From Octopus sinensis (Eukaryota): DNA of 64,000 bases. Below are positions 27,312 through 41,400 of the stretch, one piece after another. Position 1 is the stretch's first letter. Each line of letters opens with the position of its first letter. The notes under the pieces are model-generated. The model saw nothing but the letters and a program-made list of their open reading frames with translations, searched no databases and was not told where the DNA came from. The stretch lies in the NCBI RefSeq assembly GCF_006345805.1, contig NC_043000.1, forward strand, positions 130,014,001 to 130,078,000, read 5' to 3'. A program made the position numbers and the translations under genes.

Positions 27312-27740
27312 GGTGATTCAAAAGTTTCCATATATAGGAAAAATTTATTTTTCTATAAGAAACGGTTTATAAGATTCCCTAGATCCTCTGATTTGACGCC
27401 TCTTGATTTCTTTTCGGGGCATTTGAAAGGCATGGATAATCGCGGAAAGATAAAAGACAAACCCTTTGAAGGAACGCATCACCAACTCATTTGCACACAT
27501 ATCACCAGGGGTGCTATTACGAGTTCACAATGAGTCGGGTAAACGTATTGCAATGTGTATTCAAAACAATGGTAACCATATAGAACCTGTTAAAGAAATA
27601 AAAAGAAACTGTTATTATAAACTGTTTGTGTTACTTTGTGTTACTTGTCCTGCTCTCCATTTGTCTTTTCTTGTTGTTTGCGTATTGAACTCACTCGTTT
27701 TCGTATTTCATGATGTTTACTGTTGGTGACGTCCTGTACC
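27307..27740 (+). mobile_element. Internally deleted Tc1/mariner-superfamily element
   Basis: Begins cagggtgattcaaaagtt; encodes PRS.DLTPLDFF.GHLK...LKERITNSFAHIS...CIQNNGNHIE (catalytic C-terminus). Confidence 0.75.
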
Positions 27741-27886
27741 TATATGTGCATATATATATATTTTTTATATTATTATTTGATTGAACCCTGGGCATCCATT
27801 TGCAAGTAAGTATATATATATATATATATATATATTTGTATTTATGTATGTATGTTTATATATATTCACATATCTATATTTCTATG

Positions 27887-27927
<41 letters not shown>

Positions 27928-28429
27928 TATATATATATAAGCATACGTATATAGCATATACAGATAACAAACTGCCCGGTAAAAATCTCCGCAAGACTTT
28001 ATAAAAGCAAACGATTCATGAGCAAAGAGAATCTTTCTACGCGTTGACACGTTTCCTTCTACTGCAGATGATGTCATTAAAATACTAACTACATGTTCTA
28101 GAGAGTTATGGCCAAGAATTGTAGCAGCTGCTATAGTAACGAACAAATCAGCTTATCGATTGGTTGTTAATCTGTGTTAATCATGTCACAGATTAACAGC
28201 TTTTTGTTTATTATGTTTCGTTGTGACCGTGAATTTCTTGTCATCGCTGTTCATTGTAAGATGAGCAGAGGAAAGGAAAATTCATGTCACCTTCAAGTTC
28301 TTGGTTGTGAGCTTAAGTTGTGTTCAGAGAATTACCAACATGTGAGAATCAAAGCTGGTGAGAACATTCTCAGGGGACATAGTATTTGAAAATCAATTGA
28401 GGAAATGTATTTGAATTTAAGAGGTATAT

Positions 28430-29110
28430 TGATATCAAAGGTTTATCACCACTATCGCCAGCGATGACTGCTAAAGGTATCTCAGAATTGACGAGAATAT
28501 TGCTTACTTTGGTGTTGAGAATAAAGCCGCTAAATAATGTATGGAAGTTAGAGCTGCCTGCATTCAACAACATATCACACAGTACAACTGCGGTGCCACT
28601 GATACTAGGAACATTTGGGACACTAGACTGTACACTTGGAATAATGCACAGCATTAGACATCAACAGAAAAGTGTTTCTAATCACCACTGGTTAATACAT
28701 CAAGAATATTATGGATAAAACCAGTCTTAAACTGGCGGATTTGGACAAAAGAATAAGTTTAATTAAAACGGCCTTAAAGAACTGCGTTTTATCACTTAGT
28801 TAACTCCCACTGAGCAACAACGGAAGAAATGATGTATAATAATAGTTTGAGTGCAAGTGGAATATTCTGGAATAAGTTCTCTGAGTTTAGAGGTATTCCA
28901 TCTGGCCTATAGTAAGATTGACTAACGCACTGAAGCAGAAACTTGGAGGAGAAACTTTCACCAAATCAACAGTGCTATGCATATGTACAAATCCTAAAAT
29001 CATCCAGAGGATAACAATGTTGACAGGAAGATTAATCACCACAATATCTTTTGTAGATACTCTGCATCCTGCATTTGCTATTCAAGAACGGGAGAAAGCT
29101 TTCAAAACAC
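28430..29110 (+). mobile_element. Second decayed R4/Dong-like LINE fragment
   Basis: Similar by eye to 18400-19000 (aaacggccttaaagaactgc vs aaacggcctttgagagctgc; LDCTLGIMHSIR vs LDWTYKKIHDIR); FAIQERE motif. Confidence 0.55.
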
Positions 29111-30479
29111 CTGACGGTTAAAATAAATGTTCTTCGAAACTTTCATGTTGTTATGAAATATGTCAAATATATCTTACCATATGAAATATATCATTCACAA
29201 TATCACCAGCTGCACCAAAATGTGTGCAAGCTACTACGTTTCCATGCTTGTTGACATTGTTGCCAAAAACTATTTACCGTGTTATTTGTAGGAAATATAG
29301 TCGAAACGGTCATATCCAGAAACAGATTATAACGATACCTATAAAAGAAACTGTGTAGTTAGGGAATATTACAATAAAAACAGTAGCTCCGTATAAATAC
29401 AACGCACCTGATACTGTTCTATGGCACTGGATGTATAAGTCTTGCACTGTTGTAGAAGACAACTTGTCCTTGAATTCGCATGTTCTACAGAAATAAGTGG
29501 AGAAAAGATACTTTTCTTGTGAAATAATGAGGAATTTACAATCTTTGTATCCAGGTTATAGATATTAATTTGTATCTGAAGGCAGAAGCGCACTGGGCTA
29601 GACAGCCACGGGTTGCACGAAAGTTTCTAAATACTGGTGTTTTGCAGGCAAAGACAAAGCCGACTCGTATCCAGTAAATGCAATCCTTTAATGATACAGT
29701 AACTATTTAGGAGACATTTTAATGATGATTCATATCAGATTTACAAAATAAACTTATGGATACAGACAAGTATCCATAATACCTATCTGGCATTTATTAT
29801 ACATATACATAAAAAATGCGATTGGACACTTATATTAATGAAGTAAACTGATAAGAATATTCAGTACATGAGTACAGAAATACCAATACCTATATCTACA
29901 AAGAGACACACTCAAAAGATGGCACATATTCACAAATCCCCGGAACTGACCTGATTCAAACAAAAACGACTTGTCACTTTATTGAATATCGGTTAGAAAT
30001 GCACGATGGTGTACATACGATGAAAAATAGATTGAAATATAATGAAATAAAAAAATACATACATACAAGAACTAGTTTATATTGTCTATATTCCCAAAAG
30101 CAATGAATCGCTTATTGGACGATTGTATTTATATGTATGCATATATATACACACACATGAGCATATACTCACGCACAAATAAATGTACATGCACACTTAG
30201 AAATATATACATATGTATATATACTGTCAGATAATGTGTGTATGTGTGTGCATGTGTGCGTACGTGCACGCGAATCTATTATGAATGCCGAATGTGTATT
30301 TATTTGTTCTTATATATATCAGTGTGTAGGAGACATACATGAATTATATGCCCGAATAAAACATTGTATCGTCTTTATTTCTGCTTTTCTTTCTTACGTT
30401 ATCTTCTTACTTCCTATAAACGCTTTACTTGTGTTCACCACAGCGCTGAAAGTCAACAAAACTCTCTAGCTTATAAAGC

Positions 30480-32620
30480 ATATAAAATCTGTTTTCTCTT
30501 CAAATACTGGTCAACACCAACAACAACAACAACCACGGCAACACCAGCAACCACCAGGACAACAATAACAACAATCACAACAACAACAACAACCATCACA
30601 GCAACAACTACGACCACCTCAGCAAAAACAATAACAATCACCTCAGGCACAGCAACAACAACCACAGCAGGAACAACTGACCCAGTCACAAACTTTAACA
30701 CTCCTTAGTTCAACCACAATCGATGACCTACTTAAACCTCTCAGATTCCAGCTTTCAACCACAGTTTGTTACCCACCCATCAAATCTTCAACAACAGCAA
30801 CAATTTTAGCAACAAGAATCACAAAAACAACTACAGCAACAACAACTACCCCCAAAACAGCAACAGACACAGCTTCAACTTACTGCCATCCCAAACCAAC
30901 GAAATGCTTACTTGAAGACCCCTTAATGAATTTGCCAAACACAAATGTACACAAATTAAAATCTATGCGTCTCACAGCCTGCACACGAAACCCCAAAATA
31001 TGCCGCTATACTCTACGTTAGAGGCTGTGCACTGACACTGATTTCGAATACCAGGAACTAGACACTCAATTCCTACTCACAACAGCCGCTGCCGTCAAAG
31101 TGAACAATCTAAAACAACGCCACTGCCACCATTGCCATTACCCTCACCAAATACTAAATCAAATTTGAAAAAAACACTCATATTACACGGAACCCTAGAG
31201 TCTGCCGCTATTCCCAGCGTAACAGTAAATGTCTGCAGCATAACTGGTTATTTACCCATCTACCGGAGACTTGCCGTACAAATAAAAATATAAACGGGAC
31301 CCCTAACCAACATAAAACCCACAACCACAAGCATTTCCAGTTCTCCAAACAGAATTCTTTTTTAGCCATAATGAATCTTGCAAATGAGCTACAAAAGAAC
31401 ATTCTAGCCATCACACAATGACACCCCCACTACCAACACCATTACCGCCATTAACAAGTAAATCATCAAAACACTCAAAATCTGTCACCACTATCACCTC
31501 AACATTTCTGCTCAATACACAAGGCATCAGCCCTTCCAAACATAGAAGATCCAATTTATTTAAGACTGGATTAATGACCATCCACACCATATTCCTTTTT
31601 TCATCCTCACAGAGACCCATCTCAATAATCTCCACTTGGAAGTTTAGGTGAGAGTGAAGAAATTTACAGCCATCCGTGCAGATCGTGTCGGCAGAAGAAA
31701 GGGTGCGACCGCCATTTTCGTGCACGATTCTTTTTCGGCTACTGTGCAACAGCTTCTGCTTGTAGTAAAGCCAACAATTTAATAGTAGTTTGGATCGATA
31801 GACCACCCATAACTCCTTTCCTACGCTACAAGGAATGCCTCAACAGTATTAAGAGTTTCATCCATCAGGGTCATGCAGACAGCATATTAATGATAGGGGA
31901 CTTCAACCTTGCCAGTATTGATTGGTCCACAAACAGCTTGAAACCAAGTTTTCCACCTCAACCCCTCATAAGGAAGCAATCGTGTTGCTTTTTGATTTCA
32001 TGGATGATTCTTTCGTGACTCAACTTGTTCGTGAACAAACAAGGTGTCGCAAAAACATCTTGGACCTAGTGTTCAGTAACCACACTGACACTATCCTCAA
32101 TATTGCATCGGGAAATCACTACTATTCTCAGACAATGACATGGTTCTCTGCGATCTGAGATTCTACCACCCACAGATCAAATCCAGTGACATCCCTCCAG
32201 TCCATCCATTTGACACTATGTATCTTCATAACGCAGACTGGGATGCGATCAATCATGATCTTTCACAAGTTGATTGGGCACACCCTCCAACATGAACACA
32301 TCATGGCAGATATTTGTAGATACTGTGACAAATATATGCGCAAACACTCCATTAAGATCAGTATACAAATATAAGTGCAGAATCCCTAGAAACAGAAGAG
32401 CAATTATCAAAAAAAAAAAATAGAAAGAATTATCAAGAAAATCAACCAACTTAAATACTGCCAGCAGCAACGCACCCATTCGACTGCCATTGCATCAATC
32501 GAATCGAAAAACCACGACTTCCCAAAAAGCATGATGACCATCATTAACAGCCAAAGAGCAGGTGAGGAGAGTTGGGCCACTGAGAAAATAAAACTCAATC
32601 CCAAAATGTTTCCTTGTATG
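30480..32620 (+). mobile_element. CR1/L2-group LINE 5' part: Q-rich ORF1 remnant + APE endonuclease
   Basis: NTQGI...ILTETHL...RADRVGRRKGATAIFV...DRPP...MIGDFNLASIDWS...TRCRKNILDLVFSN...SDNDMV; multiple stops and frameshifts. Confidence 0.85.
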
Positions 32621-32705
32621 AATAACAAGCAGTTTGCTTGTTATTCATATACCTGTCTTCGTCTTTTGTTTTTCTATAAAGGTCAACTATATATATATAT
32701 ATATA

Positions 32706-32747
<42 letters not shown>

Positions 32748-33829
32748 TGTGTGTGTGTGTGTATGTATGTGTGTTTGTGTGCGTGCGTGTGTGTATAAGT
32801 ATGTACAGAGAGAGAGAGTGAGAAAGAAAGAAAGAGAGGAGAGAGAGAGAAGAGAGAGAGAAGGATTGGATATTATAAACACCAATTTGATAAATAAGAC
32901 AGAGATTGATCATATTAAATGAATTGAAATGTTAAATAACCCAAAGGACCGGTGACTTCATTCATATACAGGTAGCTTCGTTCCTTGATTCATCTGATAA
33001 TTCCCGTACAGGGATGAAACTGTTTGTCATCGTGCTCTATTGACTCACCCAATTCCAATGATAAATAATTACAGTGTTCTGAGTTCTCTTTTCTTTACAT
33101 GTAGTTGTACTTATGATATGTTAATGAAGAGGAACGCTAAACAGTGATTAGTGAAATCGCAATCAGTCCGAATATGCATGATGCACGTTGAAACTGGAGA
33201 ACAAGCTACTCACTGCGTTTTGTCATGGAGAATATATCTCACTTGTTGACAAATTGTGTGTGAACACTTAGACCAGCTCGCAACGCCACTTATTCGAATA
33301 TATGTTATTCTATGTTATTCCAATACATACACTATGGTTGTAAGTTTAAGGATAAATGTTATTTCAATATTATTTCTATTCAAAATAACCTTATATAGAG
33401 ATTTCGGGTAGAATCTGAAGTAAATAGTTATTTTTACATTGGATCAACTGAAAATTGTATTAAACGACGTATTGGAAACCATAAATATACTTTTAGAAAC
33501 CAAAATGAGTTAAATTTATATGGAAGTCAAACGATAATAATAAATTATATACCCTTAAATAACAAATAGTCATGCTAGATCTTATAAAATTGCTGATAAT
33601 AGATGAAATAATGTGTCGAGGAAATATATCAAATTTTAACATTAAAATTAAAAGGAAACTTCTTAACGACAGACATGAGAGTGTTCATCTAGTAAACAAT
33701 CAAGATATGTGTTGAGAAAATATAATTAAACTGAATTGATTATTTGGAGGATTATTGTGTATTAAAGTATCATCTATCTTAGATAATAAATGGTATATTG
33801 TTATATAATCTTTAGGACCTTTAGTATAC

Positions 33830-33985
33830 GTACATATATATATATATATGTGTGTGTGTGTGTAGATGTATCCATGTATGTATATGTATATATGTATGTA
33901 TATGTATATATATATATATATATATATGAATGTATATGTGTATATACATATATATATATATGAATGTATATGTAAATATATATAC

Positions 33986-34031
<46 letters not shown>

Positions 34032-34063
34032 TGTATATATATATATATATATATATATGAATA

Positions 34064-34096
<33 letters not shown>

Positions 34097-34256
34097 GAAT
34101 ATATATGTAAATATATATATATGAATGCATATGTAAATATATATATATATGAATGCATATGTAAATATATATATATATATATATATGAATGCATATGTAA
34201 CTATATATATAAATATATATATATATGAATGTATATGTAAATATATATATATATAT
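33830..34256. repeat. (TA)n with periodic GAAT/GTAA interruptions
   Basis: Direct reading. Confidence 0.9.
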
Positions 34257-37200
34257 TTATGACACTCGCTGACGATACATCGAAGAGGCCAGGGAACAGA
34301 AGAAAGAAGAAAGAGGACATGCACCCAACACCAGAGCTGAAGACACCTCCGAAAGGGGTGGGGCGCCACATCAAGACGATAGAGGAGTAGGGGCCGAAAT
34401 CGGACGTGGTTCCTCCTGATGATGTCTTGTGCTAACTGGATCCTATAAAGGAGCTGTTGTGGTAGCAGGCCACGAAACACGGTTGTAATTCCTCCTATGT
34501 GTGTGTGTGTGTGTGTACGTGCTTATATATGTAGATATATATATATATGTATATATATGAGTGTATGTATACGTATGTATAATATTATTGTTATTTAGTG
34601 AATTGATTGGAATCATTTACTTATTGTCAATATTTTTTATTAAGTAATCTAAAAGTATATTGTGAGTAAATTATTTTATAACTTTTATTTAAATTCCATT
34701 ATATATTATAACTTATATTAGCTATAATTATTTTAAATAGTTAGCAGGTTTTAAATTTTAAAAATTGTAATGTGTATATATGCGTATATGTATCTACGTA
34801 TGCATGTATGTGTGTCTATAGTTATATATATATATATGTGTGTGTGTGTATGTGCATTATAAGTATTACTATATGTTATATGCCTATAAGAGAATAAGTA
34901 ATTTTAGTCTAGGAAAAGAGTAATGATGATAATGATATTGAAATCTTTAGGAAGTTTTAAAGTTATTTCATATTAAATTATCTTAAATGTAATTATATTA
35001 ATTTATATCAAATCTGATACTAGTGCCAATTCTAAATATTATATATTTTTAGTATAATACTATGGAAGCATTGAACTAAAATCATATTAGTTTAAAGTGA
35101 ATTATTTCCCCTGAAAATAAGAAATTCCTATTTAATTATGTAAAAAATAGTATAGATTAAAATTATTCTTGCATAAATCAAATTTATTCTACCCTATATT
35201 AAAAACATATTTTGTAAATTACTTTTGTGAAATTACGTCCTTTCGATTATTCCGTAAGTATAAATCCATATAAACATTACGATGAGATTTTTCCTCTAAA
35301 AAACCTAAGTAAGTAATTTGAATTTTAATATAATTTTAGCAGTAATTTTAGTATGGAAATGAATAATTGTCAAAAGGATTTTATGAAGACCTTATAATTA
35401 ATTCAGCTTTTATTTAATTTCTATGGTTATAATGTTATTACGATTTTTTTATGAAAGTTTCTTTCTTATATAAACTACGTTATTTTTAAGTATTAATCGT
35501 TGATTTTTAGTAAGGATTATTATAAATAATTAATGCAATCTAATTTACAATACTGTTTCATATTTGACTAGAGATGATATAGTATTTTAGATATATTATT
35601 TTGCTATTTACCTATAGATAAATAGCGCATTGTTATTATTAAAACATGTATTTTTTTAATAATATGAATGAATGAAAGGGATATTTCTTATTTAGCCATG
35701 GTTTTTTCTTAAATATTAAAAAAAAATTTCTTCCTGGTATTTAAATAAAATAATGCGCTAAGATAGATTTAGATTAAAATACTTAATAGAATACAACTAT
35801 ATTTTATGACCGTTATATAAGTTTATTTCTTATCTTTGTGTTTTTAATTATTTACGCTCACGCTTGTAAACAAATATATTTATGTTCAGTCGTTTCTTGA
35901 ATCTGTGAACCCCACATACAAAAAATGACACTGAGGAGATTATTGCCCACAAACAATGGATTTTTATAATTTTATTATGGGCAAGAACGGAAACATGTGT
36001 ATGTAATTTATATATAATATTTATCATATTATGTTATATTATTATAAGAATATAATATGATATAGTATTATGCTGATAAATTAAAAATTCTAATTTTTGA
36101 ATAGGCAATTGTTATATATGTTTCCATTTTCTACTGACTATTATAAATTTAATAGATACCCATGCGAGTTGTAAGGTTTTCTCTGCAAAATTGAGTTTCT
36201 AACAGTGGAGTCAGTGAAAGATTGGATGTATTCATCCCTATTTTCCTTGGATTTTTCTCTCTCACCCTTTCTCTATTCTTCTCCTCTCCTCTTCACCATT
36301 CCCTCTCTCTCTCTCACACTTGACCAACTGCTATCTATCTATCTTTCTTTCTTCCACTTCCTTCCTGAAGACGTGCTTTTGCCTGTCTCTTCTCAAGGCT
36401 CGTAATTAATGCAATCTAATTTACCATTCACCACTTCACCTCGTCTTGGTTTAACATCCCTTACCGTTTGTTTTTACTGTCTTGTTTTGTCACCACTTTA
36501 ACCCTCCGCAAAAAATCCCTAATTTTATTTAATTTGCTTTACGAGAAGGAATGTTGTAATTAAGTCGCGTCTTGTCCCTACCTTCGAAACACGGAGTAGA
36601 TAAAACAGGGGACAACTGATGAAAGGAATGTTCTTGATGTTGCCTGTCTCGTTTCTCTGTTTCTTTCCTTGTTCGGAAAAAATGTTCGTTTTCTATGTTT
36701 TTGTTTTCTATGTTCTCGTATCTCATTTTGTTCAGTTTTTTTGTGTGCCCTGTACCCATATATGCATTTATATGTACATATATGTATGTATTATTAATAT
36801 ATTTATATATATATATATTATATATATATATATATAGTTGTGATAGTTCAGTGAGTGGGTATATGTATATATAATACAATATAATACGCACGCACAAATT
36901 CACATATTTCATAAAATTTATAGGAATCAGGTAAGTAAAGACGTGATGGACAAAGAGAAGAAATGTAAAGCGAAATAATTTTAATTACATGAGGTACACT
37001 GTGAAAACACTTAAGTCAAATGAAAAGAGATGGAAGAGGATTCAATGTTTCTTCTTTACCCTTTGTCACAGTAAAGTACAATATGCGGTAGAGAACTAAA
37101 GGAAGTAGGAATGAGATGAAACCCACGAGGCTTCCTTAATTGCCGGCTTGGTGTAAAACGACAATTGAAAAGTGGAATAGTAGTAACATAAGTAGAGAAT

Positions 37201-37405
37201 CAAATGGATGATACTGCGTGTAACTAGTAGGGTCGGGAGACATGGAAACTGATTGGGAAGTAGAGAAAGGGACAATACGAGCAAGAAAGAGAATGGAGTG
37301 AGAAGGTGAAAAGAGAGAATGAGGCTGAGAGTGAGAAAAGAAGAGAGCGAAAGAGAAAAGTTGAGGAAGAAAAACTGAAAATGATGGAAGAGTGAGGAAA
37401 CATAC

Positions 37406-37461
<56 letters not shown>

Positions 37462-37850
37462 ATAATATATATATATATATATTTTATTATTGTCATTTTC
37501 CTTTAATAATTTTCGTAGAAAAGTATGTACGAGTTTCTTAAATATAATGAATTGTGAAAATAAAGAGTTTAAAAGACATAATGTCGGATGGAGGTGATGA
37601 AAGATGAGATATGGGATGAAAATTTGCGTAATGATCTATATGAAGTATTAAGTGCGTGAAAAGTGTGATTATCTACGTAGTGCACTATATATATATATAT
37701 ATAATATATATAGATATATATATATATATATATTACAGGGAACAAGAAATGAGAGTTAAATCTAGTAGAGGCGCCGAAAAGATATGATTGATCGAGATTA
37801 AGATTGAGCTAGTTGTTCATACAAATCCCACCCCTCTCTCTAATATATAT

Positions 37851-37895
<45 letters not shown>

Positions 37896-38345
37896 GACAT
37901 TCGCATGCTTATGAATACACATACATTCGTTCATACATAAATATTATTATCGCCTGCAGAGGTAATCAAATTCAAAGAACAGTTATTTAGTAAAAGAACT
38001 TTCTGAATATATATATATATATATATAACTGATGAAGCGAACGAGAGTGTGTGAGGCAGAAAATGATTGAGGTAGACAGAAATCTAGTTTATTAAACAGA
38101 AATGCTGTAAAAATAATAGAGAACGATATAAGCTAAGATGCATGGGTATGTAATAAGTAAACAATAATACAAGAAAGTCTTGAGGATGAGAAAATAATTG
38201 CGGAAAAAAGCACAGGACATACAACATACCTATGAAGTCTAGTTTATGTCATTCTCTTAGCATTTTTACTACTGGAACAACAAAAAGAAGACGACTAGGG
38301 GAAATAGAATGTGGAGAGGGGGAAGAGAGAAGGTGACTGAAACTG

Positions 38346-38385
<40 letters not shown>

Positions 38386-38689
38386 TGAGGTAGTGTATGA
38401 AATAGAGGAAAGGGTGGAAGAGAGAAGGTGGTGACCAGAAGGACTTATAAATTACTCAGATGTGACAAAAAGGAGAACAATTGAAACATCGTTAATCAGG
38501 AAATGCTCTGAAGGCATCATCACTTGTCAGGAAATGTTATGCACACAATAGTGAGATTTATATGTCTAACGTACATTATAACAATTCTCTAGCACGCACA
38601 CACATACACACACTTGTTCATATACACAAACAGGTTTAAAATTCGGGAACCAGAATGAAATATTGAAAAATCTAATGCACATAATAAAT

Positions 38690-38872
38690 CCTTTTATATA
38701 TATATTATATATATATATATATATAGATATATATTATATATATAGATGTATATATAATATATATATTAATGTATATATATATATATATATATATGTATCT
38801 ATATATTATATATATATAGGTTATATATATTATATATATATATATTATATATATATAATATATATATATATG

Positions 38873-38905
<33 letters not shown>

Positions 38906-39010
38906 GTATTATATATAGATTATATATGTATATAATATATATAGATAATATATATGATATATATATATATATGTATATATATAATAGATATTTATATATG
39001 TATTATATAT

Positions 39011-39048
<38 letters not shown>

Positions 39049-39223
39049 AGGTATATATATATATATATATAATATATGTATATATTATATATATATTATA
39101 TGTATATATATATAGATATATATGTATATTATATATATATATGTCGATATATATATATATATGTATAATATATATATATGGATATATATATATATATATA
39201 TTATATAGATAATATCTATATGT

Positions 39224-39254
<31 letters not shown>

Positions 39255-39298
39255 GTAATGTTATATATTATTATATATATATATATATATATATATCT

Positions 39299-39340
<42 letters not shown>
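38690..39340. repeat. Long imperfect (TA)n
   Basis: Direct reading; irregular interruptions could be sequencing error. Confidence 0.9.
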
Positions 39341-39352
39341 GTGGGGGGGGGT

Positions 39353-39650
39353 GGAGGCGCAATGGCTAGTTGTTAGGGCAGCGGACTCGCGGTCGTAGGA
39401 TCGCGGTTTCGATTCCCAGACCGGGCGTTATGTGTGTTTATTGAGCGAAAACACCTAAAAGCTCCACGAGGCTCCGGCAGGGGGGGGTGATCCACTCTTT
39501 CACCACTCTTTCTCTCACTCTTTCTTCTGTTGGCCTGCTCGCTTAGCCAGTGGGGTGGCGTCATTCGAAGGCTAAAACAATGCGAACGCATTGTGATCAG
39601 CGATGTGTAGCAACATCTGATGGTCTGGTCGGTCACGTGATCACGTGATA
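39353..39650 (+). mobile_element. tRNA-derived SINE family D
   Basis: ggaggcgcaatggctagttgttagggcagcggactcgcggtcgtaggatcgcggtttcgattccc tRNA-like head; tcacgtga tail repeats. Confidence 0.85.
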
Positions 39651-39660
39651 TATATATGTT

Positions 39661-39842
39661 CTTTTATTCTTTTATTCTTTTACCCCTTTCAGTCATTTGA
39701 CTGCGACCTTGCTGGGGCACCGTCTCTAGTCAAGCGAATCGACCCCAGGACTTATTCCTTGTAAGCTTAGTACTTATTTTATCGTAACTGATATGTTACG
39801 GTGACGCAAACACACCAGTATCGGTTGTCAAGCGATGTTGGA
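39661..39842 (-). mobile_element. SINE-A 3' half
   Basis: (cttttatt)n tail and catttgactgcgacc block. Confidence 0.85.
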
Positions 39843-40502
39843 CACACACACACACAACACACACACACACACACACAACACACACACACAGATACGCACG
39901 CACACAATGTGTGTATAAATACGTTATGTTTATTTATACACGTAATGAGTTCATTTTTTTTCCTCTTTAGAAGTTACAGAATGTAGCAGTTCGTTACCAT
40001 TTTTCTTTTTTTTTTCTGAATCTATGTCTCACTTTCTTTCTTTCTCTCTCTGTCTCCCTCTCCATCCACACATATTTCACCTTGACTGACGGATTTCAAG
40101 TGAAGCGGAGAGAAACCCGTTTTCAACAGTGAGTCGTGTCCGTTTCTTTTTATATATATTTTTTTCTTACTAAATATTGTTTTAGCATCATTAAAAATAG
40201 TAGATAACATGATTAATCTTTAAACTTGTTTCTTTTATAGCCAGGTAAGGAGACCAGTTTGAAGTCGGTCAAAACTTATTTCCTCCTCATCAAGTATCGC
40301 TTACTTGATGAGGAGCAAGGAAGCGATGGACAGAAATGTAGCTTCAGACAGCATTCATAAAAGTAGTCGGAAATGAATTATTCAATCTATTTGCATAATC
40401 TTGCTGTGTTAGAATTGTGGATGAAGGGTTTCATGGAAAGCAATGCAATTGTAGGATAATTAGGACTTTAGAAAATATTGAAAAGTGTGCTTTTAGTAAC
40501 AA

Positions 40503-40709
40503 TACTCTTTTGCCTGTTTCAGTGATTTGATTGTGGCCATCCTGGAGCACCACCTTTAGTCGAGCAAATCGACCACAGGACTTATTCTTTGGAAGCCTAA
40601 TACTTATTCTATCGGTCTGTTTGGCCGAACCGCTAAGTTACGGGCACGTAAGCACACCAACATCGGTTGACAAGCGATGTTGGGGGGACAAACTCAAACA
40701 CACAAACAT

Positions 40710-40766
<57 letters not shown>

Positions 40767-40932
40767 TACGACGGGCTTCTTTCAGTTTCTGTCTACCAAA
40801 TCCACTCACAGGGCTTTGGTCGGCCCGAGGCTATAGTAGAAGACACTTGCCCAAGGTGCCACGCAATGGGACTGAACCCGTAGCTATGTGGTTGGTAAGC
40901 AAGCTACTTACCACACAGCCACCCCTACGCCT
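40503..40932 (-). mobile_element. SINE-A, full length, with internal CA/TA tract
   Basis: Minus head ggcgtaggggtggctgtgtggtaagtagcttg...gggttcagtccc; CORE-like ccttgggcaagtg. Confidence 0.92.
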
Positions 40933-41221
40933 ACATTTAACATTTATAACATTAATATCAAAAACGAGACTGGGTAACATACAGTTTTTTTCTGTCGGTG
41001 AGCTGAAGACGAAATACTTATGGCAAGCCTTTATCAACGTCACATCAGTGTAGAATGCTTATTCCTTTTGACACAGAAACTGTAATGTTATGATTTAGCA
41101 AACCGATCCAAGATTGTTTGCATCATAAATAGTGATAAATTTCTATTCTTTCCATTGTTTTACTTGAAGTGACGTAAATAGTCGGAGGAACGGTGTATTA
41201 TGGGAGTAAGTGAAAGTGTAT

Positions 41222-41400
41222 AATCATCATCAGTTAACATCCTATTTTCTCATCCTACATGCCTGCTTTGCATGGTTTCTATAGCCGGATGCCCTTCCTA
41301 ATGTCAACCATTTGACGGAGTGTACCGGATGCTTTGTTCCATAGTACATACATTACTGATATCATCAAGTGCTTGGAAGACAAGACACTTCATTTGAGGT
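41222..41400. repeat. Fragment of a further interspersed repeat (gccggatgcccttcctaatg block)
   Basis: Recalled as a common octopus retroposon 3' block; not verified. Confidence 0.45.

Noticed and set aside
35380-35640. Faint resemblance to mitochondrial 16S rRNA (gaagacc..agcttt; ttacc.atag.ataa.agcg, about 220 nt apart)
   Set aside because: The highly conserved GACCTCGATGTTGG and other landmarks are absent; AT-rich chance similarity, so no NUMT call.
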